Shown: piece by piece, positions 37,842 through 50,048 of the stretch
Layout: every line of letters begins with the position of its first letter
Position numbering within the stretch: the first letter of the stretch is position 1
Assembly: GCA_951406725.2 (NCBI GenBank)
Contig: OX597826.1
Coordinates: 79,298,001 to 79,362,000 of the forward strand
DNA from: Octopus vulgaris
Taxonomy: Eukaryota
DNA length: 64,000 nt
Direction: 5' to 3'
Position numbers and translations under genes: made by a program
Notes under the pieces: generated by a model
The model's input: the letters and a program-made list of their open reading frames with translations, nothing else
The model's database searches: none
Told to the model about the DNA's origin: nothing

Positions 37842-39586
37842 GTATTGTCTTGGATTGACATAATATGGTTGTTGTAAATGAATGTCACTGTCATACAAGC
37901 AGTGTTGTTCATTGTCAATTTCTTGCAGAAAACATGTCTGGTCAAGGGGAAATATTATTCTTGCTTGGAAAGAGATGACGGTTGGTGACTGGTGATTTGT
38001 TGACTGGACATGGTGAAAAGTTGGTGGGGACATTCTTCAAATCTAACCCTGTTAAAGTGGTGATGTTGGTTTATGATGATGATGATGATGATAACTGCAG
38101 TGGCTATTGGTACCACTCACCGTGATGACAGTGATGATATCAGCAACAACATCAGGTGTCATCACATGATAATGATAACGTTGATAATAGTGGTCTGTGA
38201 TAGTCATTTATTAAAATAGTGATATGATAATGGTCTGTGGTGTTGGTCAGGGCATCATTATGTAACCACAGTCATTTCTGCAGCCTCAGAGAAGGTCGCT
38301 GATTGGACATTTGAGAAGAACCCATAGGTCGTAGCACAAAACACATTTGATATTTTATTCTTCAATCTGTAGATTTAATGTAGATCGGTCCTGTGAAAGT
38401 GTGTGGCTAAGTGGTTAGGTTATTTGGCTGGTGATCGTAAGGTTGTGAGTTTGATTCCTGGCAGTGCATTATGGTCCTTGAGCAAGACACTTCATTTCAC
38501 GTTGCTCCGGTCCACTCAGCTGGCAAAAATGAGTTGTACCTGTATTTCAAAGGACCGGCCTTCTCACACTCTGTGTCATGCTGAATCTCCCTGAGAACTA
38601 CGTTAACGGTATGTGTGTCTGTGGAATACTCATCCATTTGCACGTTAATTTCAACAACCTGTTGTTGTGTTCTGTTGATTAGAGCAACTGAAACACTTGG
38701 CTGTCATAACTAATGGAGTGTTATCAGGTCAGTTCTAATTAAACCCACATGTGACAGGGTTATTTCTAGACCTAACCCTTTCGTTATCATATTTCTGTTG
38801 AGATGCTCTGTGTTTCTTTCAGTTAATTTTAAACATAACAATGAATTTAGTAAAATAACTTCCTTATCATTAAGCTAGTGTTTGGAACATAAATTGTGAC
38901 TAAGGTTTGGTGGAAGATTTTAATTGGAAAGTTATGCAAGCAAGACATTTGCACTTCAGAGCCAGAGGCAGTTTCGGCCTGGTTGGTATCGAAAGGGTTA
39001 ATGTGTTTGGCACATTTGAAGACAGTAGAATATAATTTGACCAGAGATTTAACTGGTATTTCAAGCAGTTTGGGTGACCAAGTAGAACTGTAGTTCTTAA
39101 CCAGAGTCCATGTAACCCCTCAAGGTCCATATATTTTGCATCTCAAAGGACAAGGTTTAATGGTCAAAAAATTCAAATCTTATATTTTCATTTGACTTTT
39201 ATTGTTTACAGTTTTAAAATGTTTCTTTTTTTTTTTGTTTTACTTTGTTCTGTTTTAATACAGAATTATTAACTTGGCAATATATATATTCAAAAATGCA
39301 TGCTGATTTAAAAAAGATCCACGTGCAAAATGTATCACGCTACTTACGAAACAAACCATTTTGCAAATTAGAAGAAGGCAGTCAACAGTTCAGTTTTAAA
39401 AGGATATGAGGTGAACGCCCGAAATAAAGCAGAGTCACCAAACTTGGTTTGATTCTTAGAATATAGAATTAAATTAGAGAGCAATAGGACATACCTTAAA
39501 CTATTCCGTGTTTTGTCTGATGGAATGTTGGACATGAATCATGTCAACACACAAATGATTTTATTTTTCTCTTTACTTTTCTTTAG

Positions 39587-39662
39587 CCTCACCGGGACAC
39601 ACTTAAATATGGGCAGTCTGAAGAACTGCCACTTTATGAAGGCGAAAAGAACCAAGGAATGG
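39587..39662 (+). CDS. MTMR2: Myotubularin-related protein 2-like, coding exon (76 bp, phase 0/1)
   Basis: ctttag|PHRDTLKYGQSEELPLYEGEKNQGM|gtaagt. Matches the EEPPLLPGENIKDM region preceding PH-GRAM. Confidence 0.85.
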
Positions 39663-39732
39663 GTAAGTCAGAAAATTGAACACCAAAAAAAAAAAAAAAA
39701 AAAAATTCTTTACTTCTTTCTTTTACGTTATT

Positions 39733-40243
39733 TACATTATTTACATTTGATGGATGTTTGTCCTCATCTTGTTTGTTATTAACACAAACACAACTGATAT
39801 ACCCTCCAGCCTTCATCAGGTGTCTTGGGGAAATTTTGAATCTGGGTTCTCATTCCTAAGGTATTTTTCAATGTTGTTGTTATTATTATTATTATTCAGG
39901 TCACTGCCTGAAACTGAACTTGGAATTTTGGGGTTAGCAGCCCGTGCCCTTAACCACTATGCCATATTCCCGTGGGTAATTATGGAGTGAATTTTAAGGC
40001 TTATAAATCTTCAGGCATATGGCATAGTGGTTAAGAGTGCGGGCTACTAACTCCAAGTTTCCAAGTTCGATTCCAGGCAGTGACCTGAATAATATTAATA
40101 ACACAGAAAAATACCTTGGAATGAGAACCCAGGTTTGAAATTTCCCCAAGACACCTGATGAAGGCTGGAGGATATATCAGCCATAACGTTGTGTTAACAA
40201 CAAACAAGATGAGGACAAATATCCATCAAATGTAAATAATGTA
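39733..40243. mobile_element. Head-to-head inverted pair of a tRNA-headed, Penelope-tail-like repeat
   Basis: Arms 39733-39970 and 40014-40243 are reverse complements. Each has A/B boxes (TGGCATAGTGG; AGTTCGATTCC) and a CTGATGAAGGCTG...CAG motif. Confidence 0.85.
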
Positions 40244-41549
40244 CATAATTCCTCATCTCTTAAATATAAAACTGTATTCTTTCCTTTAATTACAAAACTC
40301 ATCACCATTTTCTCTGTATAATTCTTTTCTTAATTGATTCCTAATACTTGTTACATTTTAATTGTTCCTGACACTCCGTTGATTACGATGATGCAGGTTC
40401 CAGTTGATCCAAACAGTGGAACAGCCTGCTCGTTAAATTAACGTGCAAGTGGCTGAGCACTCCACAGTCACGCATACCTATAACGTAGTTCTCAGGGAGA
40501 TTCAGCGTGACACAGAGTGTGACAAAGTTGGCCCCTTTGAATTACAAGTACAACTCATTTTTGCCATTCGAGAAGACTTTAGCAATATAAAATAAAGTGT
40601 CTTGCTCAAGGACACAACATGCTGCCAGGGATTGAACTCATGACCGTATGATTGTGAGCCAAGTACCCTATCCACTAAGCCATTTGTTGCATTATGTTAA
40701 TACTGACTTAAATATTGTCATTTGGAACCCTCTAATTTTTGGGGCTTAAAATTTAGAAAAATGGTTGTGTAATGGGTTTATAATACTATCCCTGTATAAG
40801 AAACTCCCATATTTTTTTTAACCTAATTTTTTATGGAAAAGGGGTTCCTTATACGTGTTAAAATACGGTAATTTCTTCCCCCAGAATGAGCAAATTTCCT
40901 ATGCCGACTAATGTACAATAGCTTCTATCTTTTACTTGTTTCATTTGTTGGACTGTGGCCATGCTGGGGCACTGCCTTGAAGGGTTTAGTTGAATAAATT
41001 GACCTCAGGACTTACGTCTGGTATTTATTCTATTGGTCTTTTGTTGAACTGCTATGTTACAGAGACATAAACAAACCCACACACATATGCACGCATGCAT
41101 ACACACACGCACGCACACACACACACACATATCATCAAGAAAGATTCGAGCGAGATCGTTGCCAGTACCGCCTGACTGGCCCCCGTGCCGGTGGCACGTA
41201 AAAAGCACCCACTACACTCTCGGAGTGGTTGGCGTTAGGAAGGGCATCCAGCTGTAGAAACTCTGCCAAATCAAGATTGGAGCCTGGTGCAGCCATTTGG
41301 TTTGCCAGCCCTCAGTCAAAATCGTCCGACCCATGCTAGCATGGAAAGTGGACATTAAACGATGATGATATATATATGTTACTTCTCAATTATCATTGAG
41401 TGGTTACATTAACTGGACATGAATCAACATCGTTGACTGACCATCTATCTGCCTGACTTGTTTCAAGGGAGGCACAATATTTCTTCATTTTCAAGGTTGT
41501 GACGCAGCAGTAAATCTTCCAGATGCAACTGGGATCAGATCAGAGTGTC

Positions 41550-42110
41550 TTAAAGAGCCAAGAAAACGTTTGCAATCGTCATCTTCGGTAATGTAAATGG
41601 AGTGTGTCCTCGTGTACTGGAACAAATTCTGGAACTTGTTAGAAAAGAAACAAAAAGAAGCTAAGATAAGGAAAGCTCATATGACAGCAATAGATGCCAA
41701 TGTGTGATTTAGGGAAGTAGTACATGAAATGAAACTGAAAATCGATGTTGTAGAAGATAACTGGTAGAGCGATCAGTTCACTATTATGTGAGTCATACTT
41801 GTATTAAGAGTAAACTCTGTATTGACAACAACTACGGAGAATGTGCACAGAAAGATTGCCAAATTACTTATGTAGTTTATCACACAAGATGCAGTGAAGG
41901 GAAAAGTATATATTGGTGAAACCACCTGCAGTGTAGGTGAAAGAATTAGAAGACAATAATGTGAAAGGAACGAAAAGAAACAAACATCTGTAGTCTATGA
42001 AACTTGCCATACAGAAACACAATAGATTAATAAACAATGTTGAAATAAACTTTGTTTGCACATCCAAAAGAACAATCTTTACAAAGGGTTACACATTCAG
42101 GAAGTAAATT
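41550..42110 (+). mobile_element. Penelope-like element remnant (GIY-YIG endonuclease)
   Basis: 41815-41958 translates LCIDNNYGECAQKDCQITYVVYHTRCSEGK/VYIGETTCSVGERIRRQ with one frameshift: the VVY..C...YIGET...R pattern of Penelope endonucleases. Boundaries approximate. Confidence 0.6.
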
Positions 42111-42776
42111 CTGATTCCACATGCATCCTTTGTAGAAAGGATGAATGGAGTCATAATGATGCCTCCTTCAGCCATGACCCACCCTTGGAGTAATACAAGG
42201 AGCAGGATACAATAACATTAAAGTTAACTAATGTCAATTATCACACACAAACATACACACACAAACATACACTTGCTCTCACAGACCGGACAAACACTCT
42301 CTCATACACACGGCCTATGAAATACACACACATACGCATGCATGTGCACACATACACACACTTACGCAATCAAATGTTCTTTTGTTGACACCAACAAAGA
42401 ACAAGCAAATGAAAATAAAAAAAAAGAAAAGCAACAATTTAAACGACAGCAACAACAACAACAACAACACAGAGATGATCTTTGACAACATAATGTCCCA
42501 AAATAAATCAGTTGGCAAATTTGAAATAATTGAAAAGGTCATTGTTATGTGATAAGAAGTTTCTGACAGTGTAACTAAAACTGAAGTGAAGCAGAAGCAG
42601 TGTGTGTGTGTGTTTACTGGTAGTATGACCTTCCCAACGTGTGACATTCACACACAGATGCACATGCATATATTTACATATATGTACACTTATACATCTA
42701 GAAATTGATATAATGGTATGCTTCTACCTGCCAGCCTTTTATGGTCATGCTAATCGGATTAACTCAAATAAAAAGT

Positions 42777-42813
<37 letters not shown>

Positions 42814-43269
42814 GGGCAAAGAAGAAAAAAGAGAGAGAAGAGATTAGCATGCACATTAATAGAGACTGAGAGAGAAAACATGAGAGAAAAAGAGAGATAG
42901 AGAAAGCATATGGAAAATAAGACATGATAATGGTAAATGATAGTGGTGGTGGTAGTGTTGTTTATTTGTGGGAGGAGGATAATCAATCACATCGACCCCA
43001 GTGCATATCTGGTACTTATTTTATCGATCCCAAAAGGATGAAAGGCAAAGTTGACCTTGAAGGAATTAGAACTCAGAATATAGTGATGGGCAAAATACCA
43101 CTAAGCATTTCTGTCCAACGTGCTAACGATTCTGCCAGCTCACCACCTTAATAATAATAACATAATAATAACTATAATAATGATAATAATAATAATAGTA
43201 ACTATAATAATGATAATAATAATAATAATAATAATGATAATAATAATGATGATGATGATAATAATAATA

Positions 43270-43489
43270 ATGATAAAAAAATATTCAGACAAATACATAG
43301 CAAAAACACCAGGACTTACAAACACATATAACATACAGAAAATTGCACTACTAGGCACTGCACACATCCTACGCAGAACACTTTCCATACAATAACCATC
43401 AGAGCATCACAACAAATCACAGCACATACCCAAGGCACACACAGCTGCGCTCGGTAGTGAAGTGAAAGCACGCTATAAAAATAAAACTA

Positions 43490-43494
<5 letters not shown>
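43270..43494 (+). mobile_element. 3' end of a Dong/R4-clade LINE inside a (TAA)n tract
   Basis: Translates IKKYSDKYIAKTPGLTNTYNIQKIALLGTAHILRRTLSIQ* (QK..LLGTA.ILR C-terminal signature), then a 3' UTR with AATAAA. (TAA)n on both sides. Confidence 0.8.
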
Positions 43495-43526
<32 letters not shown>

Positions 43527-43634
43527 GTAGTAACAATAATAATAATGATAATAGTAGTAACAATAACTCATTTACATCTTTCTTTTTCTCTTCCTCTTAC
43601 CAACCCACTAACAAACGAACAAACCAACCAACAG

Positions 43635-43729
43635 CTCATGATGTCACTTATCTGTGCCCTTACAGTGGGGCTGTAAAAGGAACCTTGACTGTCACAAATT
43701 ACAGACTTCACTTCCGAAGTGCTGAAAGG
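43635..43729 (+). CDS. MTMR2: MTMR2-like coding exon (95 bp, phase 1/0), PH-GRAM
   Basis: acag|(A)[31 protein letters not shown]|gtaaac. Confidence 0.95.
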
Positions 43730-43960
43730 GTAAACTATTTCTTTTTTTCAGTTTATTTTATTTAATCAATTTTTACATATATATTTTGTTTTTTTTATAT
43801 AATCAGTTTTTCCTTATTTTATATTTAACCTAATTATGTATTTTATTCTCTGTTTTTTTTTATTCAATCCTTACTCAGCTGTTGGGTAGGTAGGCTTGAA
43901 GATTATTTATGTGTGAGCTGTGAGTAATTAGATTAGACCTTGATAATGATGATGTAATAC

Positions 43961-43992
<32 letters not shown>

Positions 43993-43993
<1 letters not shown>

Positions 43994-44732
43994 CTCAGAG
44001 AGCGCAAACCTCTGCCAAGGCAATACCAACATTCTCTCAATGATTGGCCAGAGATGATTTTTAAAATGAGAACATCTGGAATAAACTTGACTGCTCTCAC
44101 ACGCGAGAATACAAAACTGAACCCAACCTCCCTCAAAAATTGAATAAATCATCATCATCATCATCATCATCGTTTAACGTCTGTTTTCCATGCTAGCATG
44201 GGTTGGATGGTTCGACCAGGGTCTGGGAAGCCAGGAGGCTGCACCAGGCTCCAGTCTGATCTGGCAGTGTTTCTACAGCTGGATGCCCTTCCTAACGCCA
44301 ACCACTCCGTGAGTGTAGTGGGTGCTTTTTACATGCCACCGGCACAGGTGCTAGGCGAGGCTGGCAACGGCCACGATCGGTTGGTGCTTTTTATGTGCCA
44401 CCAGCACGCAAGCCAGTCAAGGCGGTGCTGGCAACGGCCACGTTCGGATGGTGCTTTTTACATGCCACCGGCACAGGTATCACAACTACAATTTCCATTG
44501 ATGTTTTGATCGATTTCGATTTCACTTGCCTCAACAGGTCTTCAAAATAATCCGGAATCCTTGTCTGGTACCAGATCAATCCCCAAATCTAATCAGTTCA
44601 TGCCAGTCACAAGGCCAAACATCCCTGAAAGTTTCATCCGAATCTATCCAGCGGTTCTTGAGATATCTTGTCAAATGACACAAACAAACACAACTGAAAA
44701 CAATACCTCTGCCTTTGCTAAGGCAGCAGTAA
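43993..44732 (-). mobile_element. Helentron/DINE-1-like element interrupted by an RTE 3' fragment
   Basis: Homologous to 13197-13877 (shared GAACTGATTAG.TTTGGGGATTGATC and CATTTTAAAAATCATCTCTGG). RTE tail at 44148-44545. Confidence 0.6.
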
Positions 44733-45671
44733 TAATAATAATAACAATAATAATCCATTCTACTATAGGCTCAAGGCCTGAAAATTTGGGGGAGGGGACT
44801 AGTGGATTACATCAACTCCAGTGTTTCACTGGTACTTAATTTATTGACCCTTGGTGGAATTTGAACTCAGAACATGAATACGGATGATATGCTGCTAAGC
44901 ATTTTGCCTGGTGTGCTAACATTTCTGCCAGCTTGCCAGCTTAATAATAATAATAATAATAATAATAACAACAACAACAACAACAACCGTTGTTTCAAAT
45001 TTTGGCACACAATGGAGCAATTTTATCGGGAGAGAGTCAGTTGATTATATTGACTCCCCGGTACTTGACTGGTACTTTAATTTATTGACCCCGAGAAGAT
45101 GAAAGGTAAAGTCAGCACACCAGACAAAATGGTCTGCAGCATTTCTTACAACTCTTTATATTCTGAGTTCAAATCCTGCTGAGGTCAGCTTTGCCTTTTA
45201 TTCCCTTTTGGAGTCAATAAAATAAAGTACCAGTCATGCACTGGTCTGACCTCCTCCTCTTGCTGGCCTTGTGCCAAAATTTGAACTAATTATTACTGGA
45301 ATCTGTTAGTTTTTGTTGTGGGAAAATTTGATGAAATATTCTTTGGTTTTTTCTCTTTGCAGATGCCAGGTTATGAAGGCATTCATCACTTGTATTCAGA
45401 GCAGACATTGCTTAAGGTTGTTACTCTGTTTCTTTTGACTAATAGATATTTCTGTTGTGAGTTAGGGATTTATATGTTGTCTGGGAATCAGTGCAACTTC
45501 TAAAGAAGTCTTAGTCTGTGTAGGTGAGGAGGGCACTGGCAGGGAGAGGGGATGCTAAATAGATATGTTCACCACTTTTTTAAAAGAAGATTTTTGTGGA
45601 AGAGGTGAGGAAAGAAGAAACTGGAGTTTTTTTTTGTCTATTTTGAACTGTTGGTGCTAATCACTATGTGG

Positions 45672-48600
45672 ATCATCATCATCATCATCGTTTAACGTCC
45701 GCTTTCCATGCTAGCATGGGTTGGACGGTTCAACTGGGGTCTGGCAAGCCCGAAGGCTACACCAGGCCAGTCAGATCTGGCAGTGTTTCTACAGCTGGAT
45801 GCCCTTCCTAACGCCAACCACTCCGAGAGTGTAGTGGGTGATTTTATGTGCCACCGACACAGGTGCCAGACGAGGCTGGCAGACGGCCACGCTCAGATGG
45901 TGTTTTTTATGTGCCACCGACACAGGTGCCAGACGAGGCTGGCAGACGGCCACGCTCGGATGGTGTTTTTTTTTTTATGTGCTACCGACACAGGTGCCAG
46001 ACGAGGCTGGCGAACGGCTACAATCGGATGGTGTTTGTTACATGCCCACAGCACGGAGGCCAGTCAATGCGGTACTGGCTACAGTCCCGTTCGGATGGTT
46101 TTCTTATGTGCCACCGGCACTGGTACCACAGGGATACAAATTCCATTGATGTTCATCTATTTTGATTTGGTTTGACTTGATTCGATTTGACTTTGATTTT
46201 GATTTGATTTGCCTCAACAGGTCTTCACAAGTGTCACAAGCAGGAAGGTATGCACAGGTGGACTGGCTACGTCCCAGGTAGGGGCCACGGGTTATGGCTT
46301 CACTAGTCTTGCCGGGTCTTCTCACGCACAGCATACTTCCATAGGTCTCGGTCTCTAGTCATTTCCATGGTGAGACCTAACGTTCGAAGGTCGTGCTTCA
46401 CCACCTCGTCCCAGGTTTTCCTGGGTCTACCTCTTCCACGGGTTCCCTCAACTGCTAGGGATTGGCACTTTCTCACACACCTATCTTCATCCATTCTCGC
46501 CACATGACCATACCAGCGCAATCGTCTCTCTTGCACGCAACAACTGATGCTTCTTAGGTACAACATTTCTCTCAGGGAACTAACGCTCTGTCGAGTAAGT
46601 ACACTGACATTACACATCCATCGGAGCATACTGGCTTCATTCCTCATGAGCTTACGCATGTCCTCAGCAGTCACGGCCCATGTTTCACTGCCATGTAGCA
46701 TGGCAGTTCGAACACATGCATCATACAGTCTGCCCTTTACTCTGAGCGAGAGGCCTTTAGTCACCAGCAGAGGTAAGAGCTCCCTAAACTTTGCCCAGGC
46801 TATTCTTATTCTAGCAGTTACACTCTCAGCGCACCCACCCCCACTACTGACTTGGTCACCTAGATAACGGAAGCTATCAACTACTTCTAATTTTTCCCCC
46901 TGGAAAGTGACGGAAGCTGTTTTCTGCAGATTTTCGGAGGTCAATGCTCCCGAGCATCTGCCACATATAAAAACTATCTTCCCAGTTAGCCTACCTTTGA
47001 CATTGCTGCACCTCTTATGTGTCCATAGCTTACACTGGGTACATCTTATAGAGTTTCTACCTACACCTTTTCTACAGATCGAGCAGGGCCATCTTCCTGA
47101 GGACATTTGTGGATTGCCTATCTTTCTACTTATTAGTACTTTGGTTTTAGCTAGGTTGACTCTAAGGCCCCTCGCTTCTAAACCCTCCTTCCACACCTGG
47201 AACTTCTCCTCCAGTTCTGATAGTGACTCAGCAATTAGAGCGAGGTCGTCAGCATAGAGGAGCTCCCAGGAGCAACCTGTCTTGAATTCCTCTGTTATTG
47301 CCTGGAGGACTATGATAAATAGGAGGGGCTGAGTACTGAACCCTGGTGGACCCCAACCTCTACTTTGAATTCTTCTGTGAACATGTTGCCAACCCTAACC
47401 TTGCTTACGGCATCTCTGTACATGGCTTGCACAGCCCTCACCAGCCATTCGTCTATCCCTAGTTTCCTCATTGACCACCAGATGAGGGATCGGGGGACCC
47501 TATCAAAGGCTTTCTCCATATCAACGAAAGCCAGGTACAGGGGCTTATCTTTGGCTAGGTATTTCTCCTGCAGCTGCCTTACCAGGAATATAGCATCAGT
47601 GGTGCTTTTCCCTGGCACAAACCCAAACTGCATCTCATCTAAACTAACTCTCTCTCTAATTAGTTGGGCTATGACCCTCTCCGTAACCTTCATTACCTGA
47701 TCCAACAGCTTGATACCTCTGTAATTATTTGTATCTAGGGCATCACCTTTACCTTTGTAGCAGTTGACTAGTACGCTGCTACACCAGTCATTGGGTATGA
47801 CTCCTTCGTGTATCACCTGGTTGACTATACGGGTGACTAGGTTATAACCGACACTGCCAGATATTTTGAGCATCTCTGCAGTAATTCCTGATGGGCCTGG
47901 GGCTTTCCCTGTCTTCATGCTTCTAATTGCCTTAGCTACCACGGAACTATCAACTCGGATAGCTGGTCCCTCTGTTGGGTCAACATTCGGCAGACTCTCT
48001 TTATCCCATTCATTTTCTTTATTCAGCAACCTTTCATAGTGGCATCTCCAAACCTCTCTCTTTGCATCCTCATTTAGCGCAAGTGAACCATCATCCATGC
48101 GAACACACTTCTCTCCTACCACATCACGATTCTCTCTCACACACTGTCTTGCAACATGAAATACCTCAAGTCTTTCATCCTCACGGCGCAGAACATTGGC
48201 AAATTTTTTCTTATCTGCTTCCCCTCTGGCTAAATAAACCTGTCTCCTAGCCTCCCTTCTGGCTGTCTGATACAATTCCCTGCTACCACCGTTCTTCCAG
48301 TCCCTCCAAGCCTGTCTCTTTTGTCTAATAGCCCTGTCAACCACAGTGTTCCACCACCATGTTACTCTGGGTTGAGATGGTACTTTGCTCCATCCACAGA
48401 TCTGGTCAGTGGCTGTCAGATTGTCCCGTAGAAATCTCCAGTTGTCTTTCACATTAAGTGAAGCTATATCCCCTTCTATTTCGTCAAAGGCTTCGAGTAG
48501 TATGTCTCTAAATCTCTGTCCATTTGCGGGATCTTTAAGCTTCCAGACCCTTCTCCTCCAAGCAGGTCTTCTTCTGGGCAACCATTTAGCTCTGATCCTG

Positions 48601-48806
48601 AAGTCGCTAACTACTAATCTATGTTGAGGAGTGCATTCTTCGCCTGGAAAAGTTTTGGCATTTATAATCAGCCGTCTCTCCCTTTTTCTGGCAAGGATGT
48701 AGTCAATCTGGCTGGTGTGTCTGCCAGAACGGTAGGTGACTAGGTGAGAGGAGAGTTTCCTGAAGTTGGTATTGCAGACCATAAGGTCATTTGCATCGCA
48801 GATCTC
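45672..48806 (-). mobile_element. Young 5'-truncated RTE-clade LINE (partial APE endonuclease, reverse transcriptase, 3' UTR), antisense in an MTMR2 intron
   Basis: ORFs 47310-48887 and 46303-47196 carry SQIDYIL, GEECTPQHRLV, KAPGPSG, NYRGIKLL, QFGFVPG, FVDMEKAFDRVP and GVHQGSVLSP, with LLYADDL between them and RRLRWYGHV and RGRGRPRKTW further on. One frameshift near 47325. About 630 bp of 3' UTR ending in (GAT)n. Confidence 0.95.
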
Positions 48807-49606
48807 TGTGAAAAAAAAAATAGAAGCCCAACTGGTTATGTGATTTAGAAGTTTGGTTTGGTTTGGTTTGTAACAGGCACATGCCATCAGTAATTACTCA
48901 GGGTAGGCATTTGGTGACCTTTATGTAGTAAAACACAGAAAAAGTCAAGTGAAACACATGCGTGCGACTGAGTTGAAGACAGATTTACTTCTGCCTTTAT
49001 AGTGCATAAAGAAAATGTTGTTGTAGGAATGTATGCAGCATGTGTACTACAGCAGTCCTATGTGTAGCTTAAATACTGAGATTGAAAGGTAGGGGCGAAT
49101 TATGCCTACCTAATCTATACTTGATTCCCAGGGGCGAATTATGCCTACCTAATTGTACTTGATTCCTATTAATTTCCAGGGGTTAATACAATAATCATTT
49201 GTAAATAGGGTCTGTTGTGATCAATAATTATCAACATATCAAGATGAAAGTCTCCAAATTATCAATAGATAACCCCAGGGTCATGAAGGTTTACAATTCT
49301 TTCACAGTCTTATCAAAATAAAAAAGTCTGGCTTAATTAGGCTCGTTAAGATTGAATGGTCTGACAAGTTCAAGGTAATGCGATAATCAAATCTGTCAGG
49401 TTCAGAATTATTAATTGTGGAAATTGATTTCTTATGTGGTGGGGGAGGTGGCAAAGGTAGCTGCTGCTGTGGTTGTTTGTTGTTGTTGTTGTTGTTGTTG
49501 TTGTTGATGATGAGTTTGCTGTTATAAACCTCAATAAATCTCATCAATTTGTGATAATTGAAATTATGTAATTTGTCAGAATATAGACCTAAATAGAATG
49601 AATTAA

Positions 49607-50048
49607 CCCTTTAACCCTTTCGTTACTGTATTTATTTTGAGATGCTTCTGTGTTTCTTTCAATTATTTTAAATATAACAAAGAATTTAGTAAAATAGCTT
49701 GGTTATCATTAAGCTAGTGTTAGGAAAATAAACTAAGGTTTGGTGGAAGATCTTAATTCAAAACTGATGGAAACAAGACCTTTGTACTCAGAGCCAGAGC
49801 TGGTTTCAGCCAGGTTGGTCACGAAAGGGTTAACATTCAGATTAATCTGTCAAATGTAATGCTTACTTATTCATGTTGTATCGAATTAATCCTGCATTAT
49901 CTTGTGGCTTTGAGATTTCAATGTTGTGGCTGCTTATTTTCAGAATAATATTGTAGGATTGGTGTGAGAGGCCAGATATAGCCAGCTTGAACATGAAAAA
50001 AAGTACAATATTAGGGACTGGATATGGCTAGATTTTAATGCTAAAGGG
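49607..50048. mobile_element. piggyBac-like MITE with a second MITE (49615-49829) inserted in its left TIR
   Basis: TTAA CCCT TTAA [CCCTTTCGTTAC...GTCACGAAAGGG] TTAA CATTCAG...AATGCTAAAGGG TTAA. Confidence 0.85.

Noticed and set aside
49091-49168. 39-bp direct duplication AGGGGCGAATTATGCCTACCTAAT...
   Set aside because: Two copies only; ordinary local slippage with no functional cue.
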